A stretch of DNA of 64,000 nucleotides from Monocercomonoides exilis PA203 (lineage: Eukaryota; Protista; Preaxostyla), in NCBI GenBank assembly GCA_001643675.2, contig LSRY02000013.1:1116001-1180000 (forward strand). Reading direction: 5' to 3'. Under the pieces are notes generated by a model, which was given only the letters and a program-made list of their open reading frames with translations, was not told the DNA's origin and did not search any database. Every line of letters starts with the position of its first letter. Position 1 is the stretch's first letter. This document shows, piece after piece, positions 47,228 through 60,200 of this stretch. The translations under genes were made by a program, and so were the position numbers.

Positions 47228-49380
47228 ATGAGCTGCAAAACTGAAGCAATAAGCGAAATAATTGAAAGCAACACTGACTCGCAAAACGAGAATAGTGATC
47301 TCTCTTTTAAGGACGAGGAAGGAAGAACAAAAGCAATGAGATGGATTTTTGAAAAAAAGACTGAACCACCAATAGAAATAAGACACGATATAACACTTGT
47401 CGATAGAGATGGAAAAACAATGGCCATGCATTGGATTCAATTTGTTCAAACAGACCTACCAGAATGGATGAGGCATGATATAAAACTAACAAATAATAAC
47501 GGATGGACAATGGCTATGATATGGATTTATCATGTCAAGACAGAACCACCCAAGTGGATGAGACACAACAATGAAGTTGCAGACAAAGAAGGACAGACAA
47601 TGGCCATGCATTGGATAGATAAAATAAAAACAGAACCACCAGAATGGATGAGACATGATATCACACTTGCCAATAGGAATGAATGGACAATGGGTATGAT
47701 GTGGATTGTGAATGTTAAAATAGAACCTCCGGAATGGATGAGGCATGAAATTACGTTAAAAGATAATTATGGAAGAACAATGGCAATGCTGTGGATAAGT
47801 CATGTGAAGACAGAACCACTAGAATGGATGAGACATGATATTACACTAAATGATAACTCGGGATGGACATTGGCCATGATGTGGATTTATTACTTAAGAA
47901 CTGAACCGCCTGAATGGATGAGGCATGATGTTACACTTTCTCAGAAGGATGGCTGGACTATGGCCATTCTGTGGGGCTTTTATTTAAAGGCAGAACCGCC
48001 TGAATGGATGAGGAATGACATAACACTTGCTGATGAGGATGGAAGGACAATGGCTATGAAGTGGATTGCATACTTAAAGACAGAACCTCCAAAGTGGATA
48101 CGACACGAAATAACACTTGGCTATAAAAAAGGGAAAACAATGGCAATGATATGGATTGCTTATATCAAGACAGAACCGCCAATGTGGACGAGGCATGAAA
48201 AAATTCTTAAAGATAAAAATGGCTGGACGATGGCCGTGTATTGGATTATTTTCAAGAGAACAGTTCCTCCGGAATGGATGAAGCATGACAACACACTTGT
48301 CGATAATAATGGAAGGACAATGGCGATGTTCTGGATTTATTTTATCAAGACAGAACCGCACTTTACCTGAGGCACGACTCTGCATTTTCGAATAAGGATG
48401 GTTATACAATGGCAATGATATGGATATTAGTTGTTAGAAGAGAACCCCCAGAATGGATGAGGCATGATGCTTCATTAGCTGACAAGAAAGGATGGACAAT
48501 GGCCATGAATTGGATTTATGAAGTCAAAACAGAGCCTCAGGAATGGATGAGGCATGACATAACACTAGGAAAAGGAGAAAGTGGAACAATGGCTATGATA
48601 TGGATTGATAGAGTGAAAACTGAACCACCGGAGTGGATGAGACACGATGCTCAGCTGGGTAACAAGGATGGAAGTACAATGGCCATGCTGTGGATTGTGG
48701 ATGTTGAAAAGGAGCCGCCAGAGTGGATGAGGCACGATATTAAACTTGCTGATAAAAAAGGAAACACAATGGCAATGATATGGATTGCTTATATCAAGAC
48801 AGAACCACCAGAATGGATGAGACATGACATCACACTTCGAAATTATTATGGATCAACAATGGCCATGCTGTGGATTCAAGAAATCCAAACAGACCCACCA
48901 AAATGGATGAGACATGATATCACACTTACCGATAAAGACGAAGACACAATGGCGATGTGGTGGATTCAGTTTGTCAAGAAAAATCCACCAGAATGGATGA
49001 GGCATGAAATCACACTTGGCGATAAGGAAGGGAAAACAATGGCAATGCTTTGGATTGCTTATATCAAGACAGAACCGCCAATGTGGATGAGGCACGACAT
49101 TACGCTTGGTGATAAGCATGGATGGACAATGGCCATGCATTGGATCGAAAAAGTGAAAACAGAACCACCAACTTGGATGAGACATGACATAACGCTTGCA
49201 AGCGGAAACGGATTGACCATGGCGATGTTCTGGATTGGAAACGTTGAAACAGAACCGCCTGAGTGGATGAGACACGACATTGAACTTAGAGATAAACATG
49301 GATTTGCAATGGCAATGTACTGGATTATATTCCATAAATGCCAACCACCGGAGTGGATGAAAATTGATTGGACAAAATAA
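47228..49380 (+). CDS. Tandem 30-aa repeat protein (23 repeats, ankyrin-like), with a single 1-nt frameshift near 48359; 717 aa if repaired
   Basis: Consensus DxxGxTMAMxWIxxVKTEPPEWMRHDITLx repeats every 90 nt from 47312. Adding one C in GAACCG[C]CA restores EPPLYLRHDSAFSNKDGYTMAM and fuses ORFs 47174-48370 and 48409-49380. A TTACAG acceptor at 47221 suggests an upstream intron. Confidence 0.85.
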
Positions 49381-50434
49381 TTGTGAGTAGCAAATTTTCC
49401 CAAATATTGAGAATTTTCTATTTTTAAAATGTATTTGCTTTTCAGTGTGTGTTGAAATTAAAGACTTTAACACGAGTTTACTGAAATGCATAGTGTTGAT
49501 TGATTTGGATAATTTTTTTTTCCTTTCTTTCTTTCTTGTTCTTTTCTTTTCTTTTCTTTTCTTTTTTCTTTTTCTTTTTTTTCTTTTTCTTTTTTCTTTT
49601 TTTTTTTTTTTTTTTTTTTTTTGGGAAAACTTTTATTATTTCGATTGAAATTTGAATATCTTTCAAAAAAAAACAGACATAAATGTTCCTCCGACGTTAT
49701 TTATTTGTTTATTTTGATGTTTTCTGAAAGAATTGTGTGAAATCAATCTATTGTTGATCTTTTTATTCGCGGAATCATTGGATGAGTCTGTTTTCTTTTT
49801 TATTGATAATTCCACAGGTATGAAATTGAGAGGTTCTTTTGAAGGATAATGTTAATTCGTTCATTTCCATTTTAATTTCCATTTCGCATCATTCTCTGGA
49901 ATTTCCTGATTTGGATTTTCTGACTTTTTAACTGTCTTTTATCAAAACTAATTTTCCTTGACAAATGTTTAATTTTATCTCTTTTTTCTTTCTCTTTTGT
50001 GAAAAAGTTTTTTTCCCTCTGAAATTGCTAAATGGTTTCCAACAGATTACAATAAGAAAATGGAAATAAATAAGATTTGAGGAAGAAAACGTTGTTGGAT
50101 TTCGAGAACAATATGGATACTCAAATGTCCAAAAATGAGTTTTGCTTGAGAATATGGTTTCAAACATGTAATGAGTTGGTTGTTTCGATTTTCATCAAAA
50201 AACAACTCTAGCGAAAAAATTGTTACTGAGATAAAATATTCATAATTATAGTTAACTGCTATTTTGTTTTGATGTGTGTTGCGTAAATGACTTTTCTCTT
50301 TTAATTTTTATTTAATTCAATTTTATTTAATTTTTCATTTCTGTCAATTGACAGAAAAATATTGCAAAATTAAAAAATAGCAAAAACCAAAAGAATTTTA
50401 GATGATGTCAATAGAGACAACTCAAAAGAGATGC

Positions 50435-50875
50435 AGAGAAGAAGAAGAAGAAGTAGAAGAAGAAGAAGAAGAAGAAATATCTTTCTCCATTCCAGAACGA
50501 ATATCGCTTGTTGTCTTGTTCACCTCGTTCTTGATCCATACATCTTCTTCCATCTTGTTCTCTTCTCCTTCTTTCATTCCACTCTCCATCTTCTTCTTCT
50601 TCTTCTTCTTCTTCTTCTTCTTCTTCTTCTTCTTCTTCTTCTTCTTCTTCTTCTTCTTCTTCTTCTTCTTCTTCTTCTCCCTCTTCTCCCTCTTCTTCTC
50701 CTTCTCCTCCTCCTCCTCCTCTTCTTCTTCTTCTTCTTCTTCTTCTCTTTTATCTTCCTCCAAAATCTTCTCTTCTCCAACCAAATTGTCTTTTCTTCAT
50801 TTTTCTCCTCTTTCTTCTTCCTCTTCTTCATCCTCCTCCTCCTCTTTCTCTAATTCTTCTTCTTATTCTTCTTTT
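50435..50875. repeat. (GAA)n/(TTC)n low-complexity tract, including a long pure (TTC)n run at about 50590-50676
   Basis: Seen directly. Confidence 0.9.
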
Positions 50876-51300
50876 AAATCATCAAATCCCTCGTTCTTTC
50901 GAATGCATAATAATAAAATTAAAAATAAAAATAAAAATAAAAAATAATAACAAACGTTCAAAACCTGTTTTCAAAGCCATTTTTTATAATTTTCCTCTCA
51001 TCATCAATGTTCGTTTTCTGCATTTAAATTCATCATTCCTTCCATTTTCTCTGTTTTGCAAGTAAATTTTCCAACTTTGTATTCCTTTCGTTGCACAATT
51101 TCCAAATGTGTCGATTTTTGCCACAAATAAATGAAACGAGTTTATATTCTCTTTCCAATTCCATCCAGATTACTAAAAATCAACCATTCAATGTCTGTTC
51201 TATCTTTTCATTCAATGCATTATCCAAAACAGCTCGAAGCCCAAACTCCATATTCGTTCCACATATGAAAATTCACTGTTTATTCATTTTTCAAGGTATA

Positions 51301-53274
51301 GGGTCAGTAATTTATCATAGGGTCAACTTTTTAATGGGACTTTTTCCCTTGTTGGCACTTTTTTTGTTTTTGACTGCCAACTTTCAACAAACGTTGATTG
51401 GCTTTCAGTACTTCAAAAAACCTTTTTTACAAGTTTAACACAATTTATTTACAGTTTGTTTTTTAATTTTTGCTTATTACACATTGAGAAATTACGTTTT
51501 TTTGTTAAATTTGAAAGGACTTTTACCAGCCAACTAGGCAACGTCCAAGAAATTGGATACTTGTTTTATATTGCATTTGCTTCGAACTATTAATCTTTAA
51601 ATTCTTTTTTTTCATAAACACTTTTTTCTTGTTTTTTTCACATTTCATTTTTTTAACAACATTCTAACATAAAACCGATTATTTCTTTGTTCATATAATG
51701 AAATGATAAAAATAAAAATTTGATATGAAAAACAAATAGTCTAATAATAAAGTGTTGAAAAAATAAAACATTCTCATTTTCTATTTGTCTCTAACTAAAC
51801 TTCGTAACAAAAGTTTGATCGAAGATCATTTTTTGTTTGCGCCATTTGTCCGTTTAAGTTAAATAGAAAAAATTAATGTTTTATTTTTTCAACACTTTAT
51901 TATCAGACTATTTGTTTTTCATATCAAATTTTTATTTTTATCATTTCATTATATGAACAAAGAAATAATCGGTTTTATGTTAGAATGTTGTTAAAAAAAT
52001 GAAATGTGAAAAAAACAAGAAAAAAGTGTTTATGAAAAAAAAGAATTTAAAGATTAATAGTTCGAAGCAAATGCAATATAAAACAAGTATCCAATTTCTT
52101 GGACGTTGCCTAGTTGGCTGGTAAAAGTCCTTTCAAATTTAACAAAAAAACGTAATTTCTCAATGTGTAATAAGCAAAAATTAAAAAACAAACTGTAAAT
52201 AAATTGTGTTAAACTTGTAAAAAAGGTTTTTTGAAGTACTGAAAGCCAATCAACGTTTGTTGAAAGTTGGCAGTCAAAAACAAAAAAAGTGCCAACAAGG
52301 GAAAAAGTCCCATTAAAAAGTTGACCCTATCCCCTTTTTTTTATCGGGACCTAAATTTTCTGGCTCACTGGAGCACTTTCAGAAAAAAATAAATAATAGG
52401 AAACCTTTTTTAAACTTTTATATACTATTCCAGAAAATATTTTTAATTATTTTTATTTCTGTAAATAGATCTGGAATTTTTTGTTTTATTTTTCTGATCA
52501 AAGACTTGCTCATATTTTCACGAGCTTTTTGTTTTGAGTGTTTTGAGTTATATCATTGTTTATAAACTTGACTTTTTAATGTTTTTGGTTATTTTTTGAT
52601 ATTAAACACTTCGTTTTTTTATTATTTTTTCCATTTCACTATATTTCGATAAATAGAAGATTTTATTGGAACAAAGGAGATTTTTTGTCTTGTTAAAAGT
52701 CAAAATATGAAAATTATCTAAAAACAAAGGTATTCAAAAGGATGAAAATCTTTAATTTTTTATGATCGAGATTATTATTTCAAAAAACTTGTTTTTGTGT
52801 ATTTTTGAGTTTTAAACTTCAAATTACATTCTTTAATTTCAAAAATTTTGCGTTTCGCGTAACAATTTGTTTTAAAACTATTATTCAACAAATAAAAACA
52901 TGGCAACAAAAATTTCAAATGCATTCTTTATTTTATCGAAATAATGTGAAATGGAAAAAATAATAAAAAAACGAAGTGTTTAATATCAAAAAATAACCAA
53001 AAACATTAAAAAGTCAAGTTTATAAACAATGATATAACTCAAAACACTCAAAACAAAAAGCTCGTGAAAATATGAGCAAGTCTTTGATCAGAAAAATAAA
53101 ACAAAAAATTCCAGATCTATTTACAGAAATAAAAATAATTAAAAATATTTTCTGGAATAGTATATAAAAGTTTAAAAAAGGTTTCCTATTATTTATTTTT
53201 TTCTGAAAGTGCTCCAGTGAGCCAGAAAATTTAGGTCCCGATAAAAAAAAGGGGATATGATAAATTTCTGACCC
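51301..53274. mobile_element. Outer foldback/MITE (964 bp without insert; about 340-bp TIRs; GGGTCA ends; TA flanks)
   Basis: Left arm 51301-51319 plus 52330 to about 52653 is the reverse complement of about 52933-53274. TA is present at 51299-300 and 53275-76. Confidence 0.9.
51320..52327. mobile_element. Inner foldback/MITE (1008 bp; 453-bp near-perfect TIRs; GGGTCA ends; TA target duplication) nested in the outer element's left TIR
   Basis: 51320-51772 is the reverse complement of 51875-52327, with a 102-bp spacer. TA is present at 51318-19 and 52328-29. The outer element's right arm preserves the empty site. Confidence 0.92.
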
Positions 53275-54208
53275 TATGTTCTTTGACCAAGCAATAATAG
53301 TAATAAATTCAAAAGCATGAACATTCGCTTTTTCGGCCCCAAAGAATTTCAAAAAGGTCCCTCAAAATAAATAATATTCAATGGTTGTTTATCCAGCACT
53401 GAATCAAATAGGGGCTAAATGGATAAATGATTATAAATAATTATTCCACAAAACAGAAAAGAAAAATATATTTTTTAGCATTTTTGTTGTCTCTTCTTCT
53501 TTAAATACTTTTTTCTGTAGCCTACTGAAAGCAAAATCCATTTTCTTTATATTTGTTCGCAAAGCTCCATTGATAAAGTCTCATGGAAATTGCTTTCTGT
53601 CTCACTTCAAAATCCTTGAATATTGTTTCTCAACATAAGATATAATTATTTGACTCCTCATAAACTTCAATCATTTGTTCACAAGTTTTTCTCTTCAATT
53701 CATTCATTAAAAATTCGTATGGGTTAAAAAAGAATGTTTTCTTTGATGTTTAACACAAAAGATAATTAATTCATTGTAATTAGAAAAATCCATAAATGTT
53801 CTAATTTTACACACTTTTGAAGACCATGCATTTGAACGTTGTTTCAGACTTATCAAATAGATAGCAAAAATTTAATGCACAAAAATAATATGACAACAAT
53901 AAAATCAATAATTGTGTTCTTGAAAATGAATGAACAAAGTGCTGTATTTTGTCAATTTTTTCCATCATTTTCTGTAATACAGTTTATTTTCTACGAATTA
54001 AATTATTGATAATAATAACAAAACAAATGACTAAAAAATAACTGAATTTTATCTTTAATTTTTGTCGAAAACATATTAAATATAACTTATTTTTTCATAA
54101 AAATTTATTCAGTTTTCATTCATGTTTGTTTTTTCAAATGTATTTTATCATGATCATTTATATAATATGATGTTTGATAATCAAAATTGATTTTAATTCC
54201 GCTTGAGA

Positions 54209-57200
54209 ATGCTTTTGTTCATTTTTGCATGCTTGATTCTTGGAAAGACATTTGAAGCACAATATGTCTCTGGAAGTGCCACATTTCAAAGCAAAGGTAT
54301 TCTTTCGAATTGTAATTTTTTCAATAATTCTCTTTATTTGTGTTCAGGTTATTCAAATGATGCACAATATCTGTCAGAGACTGATGCCAATTACTTATCT
54401 GAGCGGAATGCATTGTTGGAAGTGAAAAGATTACAGTCAGGACTTTCTACAGTGAAAAACACATTTTTGGGATTGCACAATTCTACAGTTGGACTGAAAA
54501 ATGTGGCAATTGAACATTCTTCTTCAGCATGTGTGCTAATAACAGACAAGTCGAATTTGATGTTGGATTCCTGCATTTCCCACCGAAAATCGGAATCACC
54601 GTTTCTTTTGCAAAGCGGGGCAATCTGTTTCACAAATATGAGTTTGATCCCCCAAAAGAATTTAAACCCTTCCAGCCTCATATTTTCATCTGATGATTCA
54701 AATATTGCTGTTTTGAGAAATTCCATCGTTGCAGATCTGACCGTTTCATCATCAGACTATTTCCTGCTGTCTGGAAAGAGCAAAATGGAACAGATTCATG
54801 ATTGTGTCTTCAAGAACATGTCAGTGAAATTAGACAATAACAGTGATTATCAAATGGCGCATTCATGTTTGTTGAGTTTAATGGAGAACTGCCTCATTTA
54901 TTCTTCTGTTAATGTATTTGAAGGAGGGATTTCAAGTGGATCATATTCTTCAGCGGAATTTAACTGCAAAAACACAACAATACGCAACGGAAAAAGAGAA
55001 GCAAATACTTTGAAGAAAAAAGTGCATATTGATTCAACAGCAAATAAATCCTTTTCTTTATGTGAATGGATTGATTGCATAGCCGAACAAGGAGGTGCAC
55101 TTTATGTTCATGACAATGAAAAAGCCATCCTTCGAGTTGAAAATTCGTCATTTACAAGATGTAATGCTTCATCCACAAGAGGAGGAGGAATTTATGCTTT
55201 GAAAATCGCTGAATGCATTGTGCTTCATTCATCATTTTCTCAATGCACATGTGCTTCATTAAAAGGAGATGGTGGAGGAGGAGGAATTAGGGTGGAGAAT
55301 GTGTATGTGCAATCAATGGTCGACGATTGCACCTTTCGAAATTGCTCATCCGGCAACGATGGAGGGGCAATGGATATTCGTCCCACAAATACAAAAAGGC
55401 AGAAAGAATGCATCATCAATTCATTGTTTGATAATTGTCGAAGCAATCACTCAACTAACGGGATCGGAGGCGCGATAGAACATTTTTTCGCAACAGATAA
55501 AGTTGTTTTTTCAAATTGCAAATTCTGTAACTGTTATTCAATGAATGGAGCTGGTGCTGTATATCAACAAATTAATTCAAATAATAATGGAACATTGTTT
55601 TATTTCTGCTTTTTTCACAATAATTCATGTATGAAAGGAGGTCATGATATTGTCCTTCAAGATTCAACATCAAACAACATTGATTCGACCTGCTATTCAA
55701 CAAGGAATACAACAAATAGAGTTAGCACAGATACATATGCAGTGATTGATAAAAGTGAATGGCTTCGAAACGATTTTGGAATAATGAGATTTGTTTCTTC
55801 GACTGAAACACAACCTTATGCAACTGACACATATGCGTGTGGACTGAATGAAATTCATCCTTGTGGAACTCTCAGGCATTGCTTGACTCAGCTTATTCCT
55901 GATATTGCCACAGATATTGAGATACTCACAGGAACGATAACAGAAACCAAGAAAGTGGATTGTGGAATTAACACTTTCACAATATATGGCCAAAGTGATT
56001 TGAGTTCAACAGTTCAAATAGAATTTGAAGCATCTGGGTTGTCTCTTTTTTCTGTATCAGCGGGAACATTGACTGCCAGGGACTTTGTTCTTGTGCATGA
56101 CTCGGTTCATCTGAATAACCGTGGGTCAAGGCTGTTTGAGATTACAGGAGCAGGAGAGATGCATATAAGTGGACTGAACATATCTTTTGGGAGCGGACAA
56201 TCTTCAGAAACAGCGTTCACCACTGAGCTGATAAATGTTCAGAGTGGGATGTTGAAGATGGAAAATGTGAACTGTGCAAAGACTATCTCCACTGTTTCGT
56301 TGTTTTCGCTTTCTTCAACAAATGAGATCTCATTGACACTTTCAGAGTGCACTTTTATTGGGATTGAAAGAACAACCAGCGGAGCAGCTGTGATTTCGTT
56401 TTCCAACGATAAGGCAAATATTGATCTGAATTCGAGCACTTTTGAAGGATGTGGATGCAGAACATCAACTGATGGAGGATCGATAATGCTGTGTGTTGGG
56501 AATGGAAATGAAGTTAAAGTGAAAGGTGGATCTTTTGATGGGTGCTATTGCTCTGCAACATATGGATTTGGGGGAGGAATCCTTCTTCGATTATTGAATG
56601 AAAATCCCGATTTCCTGATTTCCTCTTCATTCGGAACAAACACAGCCAAGTGGGGAAGCGATATCTTCGTCTTATCACAAAATCTGGAAGTGATCGTAAA
56701 TCCTCAAAAGATCTCTTGTGTTTCAGCCTCTTTGGACTCTGTTGACAAAGTGAGAGGATATGACAATGGAAATACGAGTGTAGCAATCCCACTGTGCATC
56801 TATCTCCTTCCCACCCCAGAAGAAATATATGTGAGCAATTCTGAGGCATCTGACCATTCTCATTGTGGAATAGTCCAATTTCCCTGTTTGACAATGAAGC
56901 ACTCCCTCACAAGGCAAACAGGAACAAAGAAAGTTGTTGTGAATGGAATGGTTGCGATGAGTGATGAATTGGACTTTATTGATCAAAAGCATGAAATCAA
57001 AGGAAATGATGATCAGAGTGGTTGGACAGTCTCTGATTCAAGTTCAACATCCAATTCATCTATGATTTCAGCAAATGTTGAAACAGTCTTATCAACACTT
57101 ATCTTTTCTCTTCCTTCTTCTTTTTCATCACACTCCATTTTCATTTCTTCTTCTTCACAACTGTCTTTATCTCATTGTTCTTTGATTCTTCAAAATTCTT

Positions 57201-60200
57201 TATCAGAATTGACATTTCTGTTTTTATCCGTTGAGTCTGAAACCTTGTATATTGATTCGTTTTCTGCTTCATCGATTGATTTGAGTGGAAGTCCATTGAT
57301 CTCGTTGTCTGGAAGTGGAACAAGTACAGAGTCAATGAGTACCAAATGGTTGAACATGACGAACAGCATTTTTTCAGAAATTGAAAGAGCAGCTGGAAGT
57401 GGAGGCTGTGTAAGCATTGATAATAGCAACGATGAAAATAGGAACACACAAATAAATATTGAAAAATGCGATTTTGATGGATGCTCTGTGCTGAATGATG
57501 AAAGCAGAGGAGGGGCAATCAATGCTCAGCTGAAAGGGAATACTCAATTGAACATTATTTCATGCACATTCACAGAATGCACAGCACCAACTGGAGAAGA
57601 AGAAAAGACGGGCTTTGGTGGAGGGATGGCACTGAAGTTGATTGATGACTATTCTTCATTTATGATCTCATCACCCATTTTTGAGGCAGACAAGCCAAAT
57701 GTTGCGAGATATGGAAATGATCTTTTCGTTGAAGCATTGAACTTGACAAAGAGTATCACAAACACCTCACTTCCATTTGTATCAGAGAATCTGTCTGATA
57801 TTTCATTAAATTCCATGAGAGGCTTTGATGGGATTGACACAACGAATGCCATCCCGCTGGTGTATTTCTGGCGAACATTTGGCTCAGAGATATTTATTGA
57901 AAGAGATGGAAAAGACGTGTGCATTTGTGGACTTTCAGATTATCCTTGTCTTTCAATTGATTATTCTTTAAATCGATTGCCTGAAGGAAATGAAAGGAAA
58001 ATAACCATCATTGGAAAAGGAATTCTTCAGAAATGTGTTGATCTCAGTGGAATCTCAATAAGCTCAAATAATATAGATATGTGCTCTTTGGAATGTTATT
58101 CATCACTTGGAGGAACAGATGAAGCTGTAATGAAGATTTCTGGGACCACAAATTTCGAACTAATTGACTTTGCGATCCCAACATCATTCGAAAATCGTAT
58201 GAACGTTTTGATGCATGTTGGCTCAAGCGAGGGATTGTTGACTGTGAAGGACTGTTCATTCACTAAAATGGAAGAAAGTGTGAAAGACATTATTAATTAT
58301 GGGCTGATCAAAGCAGATGGAGGAACTGTTCAATTGGAGTTTGCGACAATGCAATCATTCAGTTTTGCAAAAGATGTTATTTGTGTTTTGCCAACAACGA
58401 TTCTATATGTGAAAAATCTGACAATGAAGAATGTTTATCTGAATGGAGCAAGCGGATTGAGGATATCAAAGAGTTCAGGGAGAGAGAAAAATGAAGAAGA
58501 ACAAGATGTTCTTATTGAGTGGAGTTCATTCGAAGAAGTCACCCAGAACACGACAGATGATATTCCCATCATTCGAAATACCAATGATGAGCCTTTGAAA
58601 ATGGTGATTCGAAACACAACGATGAAAAGATGTGGAGGGTTGAAGTGTGGCAAGGGAGGAGGGATGTTTTGTGGGTTGAATGAGGGAGGAAGCTTCGACT
58701 GCTCATTTTGCACGATTTCTGAGAGCTTCTGCTCTACCACAGGAAGAGGCGTGTGGATGTTTCTGGAGTGTTCCTCAGTGGCTGAGAAGCCTCTGAACTT
58801 TGTGTTGTCAAATATCACATTCAGAGACAACTCTGCGTTCAGAGGGGGAGATGTGTATATGAGATGCCACTCAATCGAAACACAAATAGTTGAAGAACAG
58901 TTCTTGCTGGATTTCAGAGCACCTTTTGTGAAGGAGCTTGCAATGTGGGGCTGCACAACAGATTCGTTTATTGGGGAAGAAGATCTATTGCTGAGGGTTA
59001 TGAGATACCAGAGCGAGACAATATTCGTGTCTTCTGTTGCAGACAATCACACAGATAGCAAGCAATGTGGAGAGTTCAATGCCCCATGTCAGTCAATGGA
59101 TGTTGGGGTGCAACACATCATTCCTTCATCTTATTCTCAACTGCTAATCGCAAAGGGGACGATCGTCAATGGAGAATGCAGTGCACATAATGTCAGCATA
59201 CACTCGCTGGAATCTCCCTCAGCTGCTTCAGTTCATCTGAACTCAACAATAACAGGCGAGGGAAGTCTTATCACAACTTCAGAGAAAGTTCGGATCGAAA
59301 GTGTTAAGTTTTTCTTTGGCAAGTCGTTTTCATATTCTGGAAGTTCTATTATCCATGAAGCAAGTGGTCAGCTTTCTCTTTCAATTGTTGATTTTTCTTC
59401 TGTTGTGGAGTCAAACAGCATTCCATCTGTTGCTCTCAACTCGTCATTATTGAGCATTGCAAATGGAATTCTTCATGTTGACAACTGCTCACTATCACTC
59501 CTTTCATTCAAGGAGCCTTCGCTTCTGTGCAATGGAGATGAGATCAATATCACAAATTTCAAACTAGAACAAATTGAATCAATAACAGATATATTTGTGA
59601 TTGGGCAGTGCAAAGAAGTTGCATTTAATTGGGTTGTGGCTGATGAAGTGGAGCTGTCTGAAGGCTGCATCATTGCGATTCATGGTTCAAATTCAGGAAC
59701 AACTTCGATTGGAATCTCCTCATTCAACAACTGCTCAAGGAATTCAGGAGGTCCTTCTGTTCTCTCTGTTTCTTCAACTTCTGCTCAAAAAACACTTTCA
59801 AACTGCACTTGCACGAATTGTGTTTCATTGTCTGAAAAAGGAAGTGTTGTGGAGGTGAGCAATGCAACGAATGTTTTGATGGATTTATGTCGATTTATTG
59901 GAGTTCTTGAGAAAGAAAAGGAAAGTGACAGAATTAATTCTTTTGAAGAAATATGCAAATGGAATGGATCACTTGTTCACTTAGCGAATTCTTCATTGGT
60001 GCTGAAGGATGTGACAATATCGAATTCTTCATCAGGTGGAATAACAATTAGCGGAGGAAATTTTATAATTGAAGCCGGGAATTTCTCAAGCAATAATCCT
60101 TTTGTTCAGAAATATCCCTCTCTTCGTAGAAATATCATTTGCTCAGATTCTGCTTCACTGACCATTTCCAGTTTGAAAGGAGGAGATGGAGTGAAAGATA

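Noticed and set aside
47312-49380. 90-bp periodic repeats as a CRISPR-like array
   Set aside because: The repeats are in-frame coding units with synonymous variation, there are no unique spacers, and no cas genes are present.
50402-50947. Poly-K/R/F/L/E ORFs (also at 3675-3905, 4555-5085, 40475-40750, 49445-49666)
   Set aside because: These are translations of microsatellites and low-complexity tracts.
53020-53352. 110-aa ORF as a foldback-encoded transposase
   Set aside because: It runs from the flank into the AT-rich TIR and has no transposase motifs. The flank part may be a decayed host gene interrupted by the insertion.
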